Below, piece by piece: positions 1-11,481 of a stretch of 64,000 nt of DNA (positions are counted from its first letter, which is position 1; every line of letters starts with the position of its first letter). Both the position numbers and the translations under genes were made by a program. This DNA is from Octopus sinensis. Taxonomy: Eukaryota. A model generated the notes under the pieces. It saw only the letters and a program-made list of their open reading frames with translations, had not been told where the DNA came from and made no database searches. The stretch lies in the NCBI RefSeq assembly GCF_006345805.1, contig NC_043006.1, positions 66,340,001 to 66,404,000 on the forward strand, given 5' to 3'.

Positions 1-12
1 ATATATATATAT

Positions 13-61
<49 letters not shown>

Positions 62-373
62 GTATATGTATGTATATGTATATATGTATGTATATGTATA
101 TATGTATGTATATATGTATGTATATATATATGCATATGTATATGTATAATGTATATATATATGCATATGTATATGTATATATATATATGTATGTTTATAT
201 ATATATATATATATTTATATATGTATATATATATATATATACATATACGCAGGTAGGTATGTATGTATATATATATGTGTATACATCAGTATAAACATAC
301 ATACATATACATATGTATGTGTGTGCGTGTGTGTAAGTATGTATGCATGTTTATGTATGTTCATATATCAGTA

Positions 374-407
<34 letters not shown>

Positions 408-540
408 GGTATACACACACACACATATATATATATATGATATGCAAGCATACCAATACATAGGCTCATATACATATACCGAGAGAGAGAGAGAGAGAGA
501 GAGAGGAGGGGGAGGAGAGAGTTAAGCACAGTTAAGAAAA
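1..540. repeat. Compound microsatellite tract (TA)n/(TATG)n/(CA)n/(GA)n
   Basis: Directly visible simple repeats; ORFs here are MYIY/THTH/ERER artefacts. Confidence 0.95.
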
Positions 541-734
541 AAAGAACGCGAGAAGAGAAGATGAGAGTTAAAGAGATTGGGTAAACGAAGAAGATAAACA
601 ACTGTGTGTGTGTGTGTATATGGGTATACACACATATATGTAGGTATCTATGCATATATATGTACTTTATATATCAATACACACACATACACGCACACAT
701 ATATATGTGTATATATACACACATACACATACAT

Positions 735-880
735 GTGGCTGTTTGATAAGAAATTTGCTTCCCAACCTCATAGTTTCGGGTTCGGTCTCACTACGTGGCA
801 CCTTGGGCAAGTGTCTTCTACTATAGCCTCGGGCCGAATAAGGCCTTGTGAGTGGATTTGATACTCAAAGAAGCCCGTCG
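735..880 (+). mobile_element. tRNA-headed SINE family A, 5' half only
   Basis: GTGGCTGT..TAAG..CACCTTGGGCAAGTGTCTTCTACTATAGCCTCGGGCCGA..GCCTTGTGAGTGGATTTG..AAAGAAGCCCGTCG, shared with more than 12 other copies in the window. Confidence 0.85.
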
Positions 881-885
<5 letters not shown>

Positions 886-960
<75 letters not shown>

Positions 961-986
961 TAACAATAACAACAACAACAACGACA

Positions 987-1032
<46 letters not shown>

Positions 1033-1039
1033 TGATGAC

Positions 1040-1089
<50 letters not shown>

Positions 1090-1097
1090 GGATGATG

Positions 1098-1141
<44 letters not shown>
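886..1141 (+). repeat. Compound trinucleotide array ATA>ACA>ACG>ATG>ATA
   Basis: Directly visible, in one frame from about 928 to 1140. Confidence 0.95.
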
Positions 1142-1142
<1 letters not shown>

Positions 1143-1143
1143 G

Positions 1144-1384
1144 GCAGAAATTCAAAAGATAGTGCTCATGGGAACTGCTCATATCCTACGCAAAATACTT
1201 TCTATGTAATCTCAAGGTTTAAAACAAACATTTTTTTTTAGACATCCACCAGCACAACACAAAAAACAACCAAATATATGGCATACTAGGCATAACAACA
1301 ACGTGAACTTCCAACCTGTTGTCTCTTGAGGTCTCCGGGTGAGACTTGGAGCCAAATTGTACAAATATAAAGCAAAAGTCAAAC

Positions 1385-1387
<3 letters not shown>
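1144..1387 (+). mobile_element. 3' terminal fragment of an R4/Dong-like (REL) non-LTR retrotransposon
   Basis: Translates AEIQKIVLMGTAHILRKILSM* (stop 1207-1209), homologous to the C-terminus of the element at 1463-3716 (QEVQK-VLTGTAHVLRRALSL*); followed by a 3' UTR and (TAA)n. Confidence 0.75.
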
Positions 1388-1462
<75 letters not shown>

Positions 1463-1463
<1 letters not shown>

Positions 1464-3716
1464 CATGTTTATCTACTACCTATAAGATCTTGACATCTAT
1501 TCTAGTAGAGAAAACATATACGTTTATGGAAGAGAATAACCTCTTTCCCACTGAACAAAAAGGATGCAGACGAGGCTCATACGGATGTAAAGATCAGCTC
1601 CTAATTAATCGCATGATACTTGAGAACTGCCATAACAAGCGCAGAAATCTCAGCTCTTCATGGGCTGATTATAAAAAAGCCTTTGGCAGCATACCACATT
1701 CGTGGATTCTGAAATGGCTGGATATTTTCAAAATTTCTCCTGTGATTTCAGATATTTTAAAGTATAATATGTCACTATGGAACACGAAGCTCCAATTATA
1801 TCATTCTAATGGAGTATTGCACTCAAACAACATTAGCATAAACTGTGGAATTTTCCAAGGTGACTCACTTTCACCACTAATATTCTGCATAGCACTAATA
1901 CCACTCTCAAATGAACTGAATAGAACAGGATATGGCTACAAAATTGACAACAAGAAAATTAAGCCATCTATTTTATATGGATGACTTAAAGCTATATGGC
2001 AAAGATGATGAAGAGCTTGAAGGATTATTACATACTGTGAAAGGATTCAGTGATGATATCGGGACGGAGTTTGGTCTTGAAAAGTGTGCCAAAGCCACTT
2101 TTAAGAAGGGGAAATTGGTAAAGTCTAGTTCAATCGAATTAGATGTCGAAATAGTAATAAAGGAACTTGAGCAGGAACAAACCTATAAATACCTAGGAAT
2201 AAATTAAGGCTCTGGTATCCAGCATGCAAGCATGAAAGAGAAGGTTAGGAAAGAATGTTATAGAAGAGTTCGAGCAGTCCTGAAGTCTGAGCTGAATGCA
2301 TATAATAAGGTTTTAGCCATAAATTCCTTAGCAGTACCAGTTGTTCTTTATAGCTTCAATATGCTTAACTGGACTACTAGTGAAATAATGAAAATTGACG
2401 GAAAATCCGCAAGCTACTGACTTGTAATAAGATGCACCATCCAAAGGCAGGACGTGGATCGCCTTTACCTTCCCAGAGCTCAGGGAGGTCGAGGTTTGAT
2501 CCAGCTTGAACTTACATACAAAACCACCACAATCGGACTGGCCAAATACCTTGAAGCAACCAACGATTGGATGCTAAAACTTGTTGAAAAACATGAAAGA
2601 CCTAAAAAACTTCACTCTATTCTCAAAGAGAGCAAAAAATTCGCTGCTGATCTCTTAGATACCCACCAGATTGATCAGGCTGAAGGAAATGCGCCAACTG
2701 CAGCTGCAAAGAAAATAAAATTAATTGCAAAGACAAAAGCACATGAAAATTTAGCTAGTAGATGGGAACAGAAACCTCTCCATGGCAAGTATGTGGCCCG
2801 TAGCAAACAAGCTGATGTCGACCAGAAACACACGCACCAATGGTTACGAAGTTCAGGGCTAAAAGCAGAGAGTGAAGGTTTCATATTAGCTGCTCAAGAC
2901 CAAAGCTTATTTACCCGGAACTACCAAGCCAATGTGATGAAAAATGGAGCTGACCCAAAATGCCGATTCTGTAACGATGAGATTGAAACAATAGACCACC
3001 TAATCTCAGGGTGTAGAGTCTTAGCACCTGCAGAATATAAAGCAAGACATGACAGACAGAGTCGGACGTATTTTACACTGGACAATTTGTCGGCATTATA
3101 AAATCAAACCCGCGACAAATGGTATAAACATCACCCTGAAGCTGTGACTGAGGGAGAAAATGTGTCAATTCTATGGACTTCCCCGTGCAGACCGACATGA
3201 CTATAAAAGCCAATAAACCGGATATCATTTAAAGATCAGACAAAAAGGAATGTGTTTTTTAATTGACATGAGTATTCCCTATGATCACAATATAGAATTT
3301 GACAAGAATTAGATAATAAATATAAGACCTGCTAATGGAAATTGAAAAAATGTGGCATCTCAAGGCGACTACAGTACCAGTGATTGTAGGATCTCTAGGA
3401 ATGATAAAAAAAGGCACTGAAACCTATTTGAAAATGATTCCAGGCTAACCTCCCTACAGGAAGTGCAAAAAACTCGTATTGACTGGAACGGCTCATGTAC
3501 TGAGAAGAGCATTATCGCTGTGAAAATAACATCCATCCATGAATTTATCTATATTATTTATTTTTTAAATACATATTTTATCTGTGAATTTGCGCGATGT
3601 AATCTGGGAATGCATACAATGCCCTTCTCTGCCCTAGGTGTATGGAAAACACTCGGCGAGAAACGGAAGAAAATTTGAAGAAAGAAGGAAAATTTAAGAA
3701 GAAAGAAGGAAAAAAA
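1463..3716 (+). mobile_element. 5'-truncated, frameshifted R4/Dong-clade non-LTR retrotransposon (RT, CCHC, restriction-like endonuclease)
   Basis: GIFQGDSLSP, HLFYMDDLKLY (about 1965-1995), YKYLG, GGRGL, CRFCNDEIETIDHLISGC (C-x2-C-x8-H-x4-C), KANKPDII..LIDMSIP REL motif, PVIVGSLG; stop at 2205-2207 and several frameshifts; flanked on both sides by (TAA)n. Confidence 0.9.
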
Positions 3717-3742
3717 TAATAATAATAATAATAAATAATAAT

Positions 3743-3812
<70 letters not shown>

Positions 3813-4312
3813 TAATAATAATAATGGCACGATGTGGTATATTATATTTTATATATTAATGTTCTTTACTTCTGGTAAAGTGGCGATGAAACAACTGTAG
3901 TTATTATGCAACAAAGCGTGTTGCTCAGACCATTTTCTCTTGTGTGTGTGTGTGTGTGTGTGTGTGCATATGATACGGTATATGCCAATTTATGTCCATA
4001 ACATTCATACATATTTACCTACCGTCATACAGACAGACACACGGACATGTCTACATACAAGTATAGACACGCACACAACACACATGCTGGCGGGTCAGAA
4101 GTTACCAAATTGTCTGCGACTCCCATGTCCCATGGGAATCGCAGACAATTACATTCTTTTTCTTTCTCTCAGCAAGGGACCCACCTACCCTGTAACAACA
4201 ACTACTACTACTACTATTACTACTACTACTACTACTACTACTCTACTACTACTACTACTACTACTACTATACTACTGCTGCTGCTGCTGCTACAACAACA
4301 ACAACAACAACA

Positions 4313-4355
<43 letters not shown>

Positions 4356-5092
4356 TACTCTACCACAACAAGTAGTAGTAGTGGTTGTAGTAGTTGTAGG
4401 TATAGCAGTAGCAGTGGTACATGTACTAGTAGTAGTAGTTTAGCACTGTAACCTCCACTACTGCAATTACTCTCAATACCACCATCATTACCACCATTAC
4501 AGCCTCTTCTTCACCATTACGACCAGCACCGGCATCAGCGAACACCATCACCACCATCACCAGCACCAACACAACCAGCACTACAACCACCACCACCTCT
4601 GCCAATACCATCGCCATCATCATCACTATCAACCAGTAATGCAAATTAATACCTCCACCACCACATTTACAACCGTTAATTACAAACTCCGCCACCAGTT
4701 TCAAATACTCCCGTTTACACTATCGTGATACAAATATCACTCCAACCGCCATTTACCCTCTCATACCACCACATCAACACCTCTACCAATTAATTTTCTT
4801 CCCCCTCCTCATACTAATACAACCACCACCGCCACCATCCGCCCCTCCTCCTATTAATGACCTTAACACTATATCCGTGTTTTTAACGCAAATGAATAAT
4901 TTAGTAAAAAGATTTATGGCGTTGACACCACCACCACCACCCTCATCATCACCACCACCACCACCACCATCCTCATCATCACCCCACCAACCACCACCAC
5001 CACCACCACCACCACCACCACACCACCACCACCACCGCCACCACCTATCTTCACAGTGCAATGACTGAAACAAATGACAGATAAAAGTCAAA

Positions 5093-5156
5093 GTTGCGGC
5101 TGTGTGGTAAGAAGTTTGCTTCCAAATCACCTGATCCCGGGTTCAGTCCCACTATA
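5093..5156 (+). mobile_element. SINE family A head fragment, cut off at the mariner left end
   Basis: GCGGCTGTGTGGTAAGAAGTTTGCTTCC..CCGGGTTCAGTCCCAC. Confidence 0.65.
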
Positions 5157-6376
5157 CGGGGGTACCCAAACATGACCGCAACCGTTCTCTGTGGGACAAA
5201 CCCGTTGTAGTTCAGGCTTCCACCGCTAGAAGACATTTGATGCGAGCTTCATGCATCAGTCTGCCGACAGGCGTCGTCGGGCGGGGTCGTACTACCACGT
5301 GGTGTGTCGATTTTTGCTATGGTTGAAACGAAGGAACAGCGTGCTTCCGTGAATTTCTGTTTTCCGCTGGAGAAAACGTGGGCCGAAACAGTCGTCATGC
5401 TTTAAACAGCGTACAAGGCCACTGCTATGAGCAATACACAAGTTTACGAATGGTTTTCGCGCTTAGGAATGGTTACTTGTCGCTTGAGGACCAACCTCGT
5501 TCAGGCCGACCGTCGACCTTCAGAACGAATGAAGACATGATGAAAATTCATGAACTGATCTTGGAGGAGCGTGACACCGAACAATTGACGAACTTGTTGG
5601 TATGACTGGTATGCTCTGGAGCTCCTGCCAACGAATTTTGAGCGAGGAATTGCGAATGAAAAGAGTTGCAGCAAAATTCGTGTGTCATGACTGAATGAGT
5701 GTCGTGAACTGAAAGAACAGTTAGAAGTTGATTTGGATCTTTTTTTCGAAGGTCATCGCTGATGACGGAAGCTGGTGTTACGGAATTTACAGATGAATTT
5801 TCATCATAGGCGCAGGAGTGGCTGTGTGGTACTTAGCTTGCTTACCAACCACATGGTTCCAGGTTCGGTCTCACTGCGTGACATCTTGGGCAAGTGTCTT
5901 CTACTATAGCCTCGGGCCGACTAAAGCCTTGTGAGTGGATTTGGTTGACGGAAATTGAAAGAAGCCCGTCGTATATATGTATATATTCGTGTGTGCGTTT
6001 GTGTGTTTGTCCTCCCCCCCTCAACATCGCTTGACAACTGATGCTGGTGTGTTTACGTCTCTGTAACGTAGCGGTTCGGCAAAAGAGACCGATAGAATAA
6101 GTACTAGGCTTACAAAGAATAAGTCCTGGGGTCGAATGACTGAAACAAGTAAAAGAGTGAAGGAGATGTGGAAGAAGTGAAGAAAAAAACGACGCAGGCG
6201 TTAAAAGGCATCACTTCGCAAGAGTTCCAGGATGGCTTCGAACAGTGGAAAACGCGTCTGGACCGATACGTTGCTTCAAATGGAGAATACTTTGAAGGCG
6301 ATAAAAGTGTGAACATGTAGAACTAAGTGAATAAAATAATAATGCAAAATGCCGGTTTGTTTTGAGTTGCCCCTCG
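5157..6376 (+). mobile_element. Decayed mariner transposon (HTH region and C-terminus; most of the catalytic core missing), interrupted by a SINE
   Basis: MVETKEQRASVNFCF..QVYEWFSR..LEDQPRSGRPST..ELRMKRVAAKFV; WKTRLDRYVASNGEYFEGD* near 6250-6320; right end TTGCCCCTCG|TA; weaker left end TA|CGGGGGTACCCAAA. Confidence 0.8.
5809..6158 (+). mobile_element. SINE family A, near full length
   Basis: GGCGCAGGAGTGGCTGTGTGG head, central (TA/TG) tract, 3' domain GCGGTTCGGCAAAAGAGACCGATAGAATAAGTACT, tail GAAACAAGTAAAAGAGT. Confidence 0.9.
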
Positions 6377-6727
6377 TACGTTCAGAATATCTTATGTCAC
6401 TGCTGATATAGGTCACGTAGGTAAGGGAACCTGTCTATGACCCTACGGGAGCCTCTGGGATATTTGAGAAAATCAATTTCCAGTGTGACCTTGGATTTTG
6501 TGGGTACCTGTGCATCTTGCATATATAAAAAATAGAAAAAATCCTACTTTCTCCCTTAACCTCGTTGCAATTCCACTGCGTCTCTTGTGTGTCCATAGGA
6601 GATGCAGTGAGTGAGAGAGAGAGAGGGAGGAAGAGTGAGGGAGAGAGAGAGGGAGAGAGAGTGAGGGAGGAATAGAAAGAGAGAAAATAATAATGATTGA
6701 CCCTCATGTTCAGCAGAGACTATTTGC

Positions 6728-6924
6728 TTTTAATTGTTTCAGCCATTAGACTGCGGCCATGCTGGGGCACCGTCATAAGTTTTTTAGTCGCATGAATCGA
6801 CCTCAGTACCTGTTTAGTTATTCTATTGGTCTCTTTTGCCGAACCTTTAAGTTATGGGGATGTAAACACACCAACACCGGTTGTGAAGCGGTAGTGGGAC
6901 ACACACATACACACACACACACAC

Positions 6925-6995
<71 letters not shown>

Positions 6996-7161
6996 AACGA
7001 CGGGCCTCTTTCAAATTCCGTCCACCGAATCCACTCACAAGGCTTTTTGTCGGCCCGAGGCTATAGTAGAAAACACTTGCCCAAGATGTCACTCAGTTGA
7101 GCTGAAACCACAACCATGTGGTTGGTAAGCGAGCTTCTCACCACACAGCCACACCTGCGCC
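6728..7161 (-). mobile_element. SINE family A, full length
   Basis: Reverse complement of head (CCACACAGCCACACCTGCGCC), central (CA)n and 3' domain. Confidence 0.9.
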
Positions 7162-7515
7162 TTGTTGAAAAAAAAAGAAACATGAAAAAAAAAAAAAGAA
7201 ACATGAAAAAATATGAAATGCTTGACAGTTAATTAAACACCATTAACGACAATAACATCAACGACAATAACAAAACATTAACAGCAACAACAAATGTAGA
7301 GAGAAAAAACGACGAGGGTGTCATGGATGGAAGATTTAAAGTGACAATAGATGTTTACCTGAGTTTTGTGCGACATACAATCTGTGTTTATTTATATGTT
7401 TGGGTGTCATGATTATGCAATTATATAATTATATATGAACAATCAATAGATCTTTATGTGTGTCAACCGTGTCCTTTCATTCACTGTCCGCCCCAGCCGC
7501 TCCCTTGTCGTGTCT

Positions 7516-7516
7516 A

Positions 7517-7576
<60 letters not shown>

Positions 7577-7651
7577 CCCATCTATCCATCTATCTATCCA
7601 TCTATCTACCCATCTATCCATCTATCTATCCATCTATCTATCTATCTATCC

Positions 7652-7730
<79 letters not shown>

Positions 7731-7738
7731 CATCTATC
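7516..7738. repeat. (TATC)n/(CATC)n microsatellite
   Basis: Directly visible. Confidence 0.95.
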
Positions 7739-7841
7739 TCAGTCTCTCTTTCACTCTTATTGAAAGTCATGCACGCATGCACATAGAGAAATAAATATGC
7801 AACCTCGCTCTGATACACACACACACACACACACGTATATA

Positions 7842-8541
7842 CTGGGTGGCCCAAAAGTTGTTGTGTTGTGAACCCTTGCGTCATGAATGATCATGGGATT
7901 GCACCTAGAAAGTTACCCTCCCAGGCACAAGTCCGGGCAAGGTTGTTTATGGAAGACCAGCAGTTGCCCACACATACCAGCCTCCCCTCTCCACACCACC
8001 TGTGTTATCCAAGGGAAATGCAAAGGACGATACAGCTTGGCACCATTGACGTTGCAGCTCATTTATTAACGTGCAAGTGGCTGAGCACTACACAGACATG
8101 TGTACTCTTAACGTAGTTCTCGGGGAGAATCAGCGTGACTGGCCCTTTGAAATACAGGTACAACAGAAACAGGAAGACAGAGTGAGAGAAAGTTGTAGTG
8201 AAAGAGTACAGCAGGGTTTATCAGCCCCTGCTGGAGCCTCGTAAAGCTTTAGGTGTTTTTGCTCAATAAACACAATGCCCGGTCTGGGAATAGAAACCGC
8301 GAGTCCGCTGCCCTAACCACTGGGCCATTGCGCCTCCACGGCCCAAAAGTAGGTTTACAGTTATTCAACTATCACTTTTGCATTCATATATTAATGGTTT
8401 AGATCTTAATTATAAAAAAAAATGTGAAACCATTATTCTATGCTAATTTAGTTAATTGTAAGATAGAAATTTAAATGTAATAAAATGTTTTAAAAGAAAT
8501 TTAAAGTGCCTACATGATAACTGTAAACCTACTTTTGGACG

Positions 8542-8546
<5 letters not shown>
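7842..8546. mobile_element. Tc1/mariner-type MITE with a SINE inserted in its left TIR
   Basis: Left TIR CTGGGTGGCCCAAAAGT|AGGTTTACAGTTAT, right TIR ATAACTGTAAACCTACTTTTGGACGTTCTG, TA flanks. Confidence 0.8.
7859..8339 (-). mobile_element. tRNA-headed SINE family D/C with 11-bp TSD
   Basis: Head GTGGAGGCGCAATGGCCCAGTGGTTAGGGCAGCGGAC (A box); TSD GGCCCAAAAGT at 7848-7858 and 8340-8350; segments shared with 16240-16320 and 56560-56682. Confidence 0.85.
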
Positions 8547-8587
<41 letters not shown>

Positions 8588-8751
8588 ACAAAACTTACTG
8601 GGAGGAAGGAAACGAAACGACGCGATGCGCTCAGTCATATAATAACAATTTAATAAATAAAAATATATGCATACATACATACATCTATGTACGTACCTAC
8701 ATCTATAGTATATATACATGCAATATATATATATATATTATATATATATAT

Positions 8752-8782
<31 letters not shown>

Positions 8783-9184
8783 CTCGTTTTACTCTTTTAC
8801 TCTTTTACTTGTTCAGTCATTCGACTGCGGCCATGCTGGAGCACTGCCTTTAGTCGAGCAAATCGACCCCGGGACTTATTCTTTATAAGCCCAGTACTTA
8901 TTCTATCGGTCTCTTTTGCCGAACCGCTAGGTGACGGGGACGTAAACACACCAGCATCGGTTGTCAAGCAATGCTAGGGGGACAAACACAGACACACAAC
9001 ACACACACACATACATATATATATATACATATATACGACAGGCTTCTTTCAGTTTCCGTCTACCAAATCCACTCACAAGGCATTGGTCGGCCCGGGACTA
9101 TAGCAGAAGACACTTGCCCAAGATGCCACGCAGTGGGACTGAACCCAGAACCATGTGGCTGGTTAGCAAGCTACTTACCACATA
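8783..9184 (-). mobile_element. SINE family A, full length
   Basis: All three modules present in reverse complement. Confidence 0.9.
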
Positions 9185-9356
9185 GTACAGGACACCACAA
9201 ATAAACGTAGAACACAACGAGAAACGAAAACATAAAAACAAACAAGGAAACGGACTTTTTTAACAACGAAAAAACAGAGTACAAGGCGAACAATACAAGG
9301 AATATTCCCCTTCATCAGCTGCCCCTGGTTCGACTCAATGCGTGTATGTATATATA

Positions 9357-9438
9357 TAAATTTAAATGTAATAAAAATGTTTTAAAGAAATTTAAAGTGC
9401 CTACGTGATAACTGTAAACCTAGCTTTGGGCCACCCTG
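9357..9438. mobile_element. Orphan right end of the same MITE family as 7842-8546
   Basis: AAATTTAAATGTAATAAA..AAAGTGCCTACGTGATAACTGTAAACCTAGCTTTGGGCCACCCTG|TA. Confidence 0.75.
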
Positions 9439-9639
9439 TATGTATATATATATGCACACACACACACACACACACACAGCTAATATAAACAGCAGTTTGT
9501 AATGTTTGAACAAAACGGAGAATTTCAAATGTTACTAGAAATGCTAGAAATAAGAGCTAAACTGCTCTAACGCTGTAGTTAACGCACATGAAAGAAAACA
9601 TATACACTAACAGGGACCATAATCGTTCGAAAAGTGTCG

Positions 9640-9710
9640 ATCGAGAATTCTTAATACTGACGCGTCAGTTTCGGCAATTTCCTTTGACTCATCAGTTAAG
9701 ACAGCTCGAT
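9640..9710 (-). ncRNA. Type I hammerhead ribozyme, canonical core
   Basis: Minus strand AUCGAG CUG UCUUAA CUGAUGA GUCAA AGGAAA UUGCC GAAA CUGACGCGUCAG U A UUAAGA AUU CUCGAU. Stem I 6 bp + 3x3 loop + 6 bp; stem II 4 of 5 bp; stem III 5 bp + CGCG loop; GUA cleavage triplet, predicted cut between 9655 and 9654. Confidence 0.8.
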
Positions 9711-9982
9711 TTCGGCTCTTTCCGAACTCGCTTCGCCATTAGTATTTATGTTTTCGCCATCCCAAATTGGGTGATTTAGCGATTCGTTAATGTGTATTTA
9801 TAGAACGATTTAGCTCTTATTTCTAGCAATGTCGGCGTTTCCTAAGATTCTAGTCGCATTCAGTGACATTTGCGTGTGTGTATATGTATGTATGTATGTA
9901 GTATGTATATATGTATGTGGTATGTATGTATGTATGTATGTATGTATGTATGTATGTATGTATGTATGTATGTATATATATA

Positions 9983-10093
<111 letters not shown>

Positions 10094-10244
10094 TGATGGC
10101 TAGATAGATAGATTGATAGATATGAGTTTCGGTCTTTAGTATGTATGTATGTATGTGTGTATGTATTTGTCGCCAGTCCACTCAGCTGTAAATGTGTAAC
10201 CGGACAGTTATCTCGTCATGGAAGAATGTTGGACTGCCCGCGTA

Positions 10245-10344
10245 NNNNNNNNNNNNNNNNNNNNNNNNNNNNNNNNNNNNNNNNNNNNNNNNNNNNNNNN
10301 NNNNNNNNNNNNNNNNNNNNNNNNNNNNNNNNNNNNNNNNNNNN
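10245..10344. other. Assembly gap (100 N)
   Basis: Run of 100 N. Confidence 1.
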
Positions 10345-10452
10345 CCTTTCGGGTCCAAAATTGAGTATCAGTTGCGCATTGGGCTTGATCTAATCGACTG
10401 GCCCCTTCCCCCAAAATTTCGGCTCTTGTGCATAGAGTAGAAAAGAATATTT
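10345..10452 (+). mobile_element. SINE family B 3' fragment
   Basis: CCTTTCGGG..TAATCGACTGGCCCCTTCCCCCAAAATTTC..AGAGTAGAAAAGAATAT, shared with 15405-16001. Confidence 0.75.
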
Positions 10453-10639
10453 TACTTATTTCAGTCATTGTACCTTAGTGATGAAAGATCGTGCCCTACA
10501 ACCGTGCGGTCGATCATATTGAACTCAAATACTTATTGTCTCAGTTGTTTGCATTTTATCGATTCCTGTTTGTCGAAACACTACATTACGATATAAAAAG
10601 AAGAACTCAACCAAAATAATACCGTTTTTTGTACACATA

Positions 10640-10803
10640 GTCGCAGAAGTGGCTGTGTGGTAAGTAGCTTGCTTACCAACCACATGGTTCTGGGTTCAGT
10701 CCCACTGTTTGGCACCTTGGGCAAGTATCTTCTACTATAGCCAACCAAAGCCTTGTGAGTGGATTTGGCAGACGGAAACTGAAAGAAGCCCGTCGTATAT
10801 ACG

Positions 10804-10854
<51 letters not shown>

Positions 10855-11087
10855 GTGTGTGTGAGTGAGTGTGTGTATGTTTGTGTGTTTGTATTTGTTC
10901 CCCAACATCGCTTGACAACCGATGCTGGTGTGTTATGTCCCCGTAACTTAGCGGTTCGGCAAAAGAGACCGATAGAATAAGTACTAGGCTTACAAAGAAT
11001 AAGTTCTGGGGTCGATTTGCTCGACTAAAGGCGGGTCTCCAGCATGGCCACAGTCAAATGACTGAAACAAGTAAAAGAGTAAAGAGT
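10640..11087 (+). mobile_element. SINE family A, full length
   Basis: Head, (CA)/(TG) centre, 3' domain, GAAACAAGTAAAAGAGTAAAGAGT tail. Confidence 0.9.
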
Positions 11088-11200
11088 ATAAATGCACACA
11101 CAATCACACACACAACAGACACAACACAATCACACACACATTACAAGCACACACACAACACACACATACACACAACATACACATACACACACTACGTGAT

Positions 11201-11345
11201 TCTTTCAGTTTCCTTCTACCAAATCCACTGACAAAGAATTGGTCGGCTCAGGGCTACATTAGAAGACACTTACCCAAGATACCACGCAGTGGGACTGAAC
11301 CCGCAACCATCTGGTTGGGAAGCATACTTCTTAAAACAAAGCCAC
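11201..11345 (-). mobile_element. SINE family A 5' half
   Basis: TCTTTCAGTTTCC..CCAAATCCAC..AGAAGACACTT..CAGTGGGACTGAACCC. Confidence 0.8.
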
Positions 11346-11481
11346 GGTGCTACGGAAGCAGCCTTTGTAACAAATATTTATTTGCACATCTAAATTAACT
11401 TAGATATGTTAAGAAAAACCGAAAAACGCCAGAGACTGTAGTAATCGCCCCCAGAACTCATCAGTGTAGACGTTAGTTACC

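Noticed and set aside
3860-3905. CUGGUAA..GAAAC AACU GUA on plus
   Set aside because: Two core mismatches and no convincing stems I or II
9295-9330. CUGAUGA plus hairpin on the minus strand as a hammerhead
   Set aside because: No GAAA after the putative stem II
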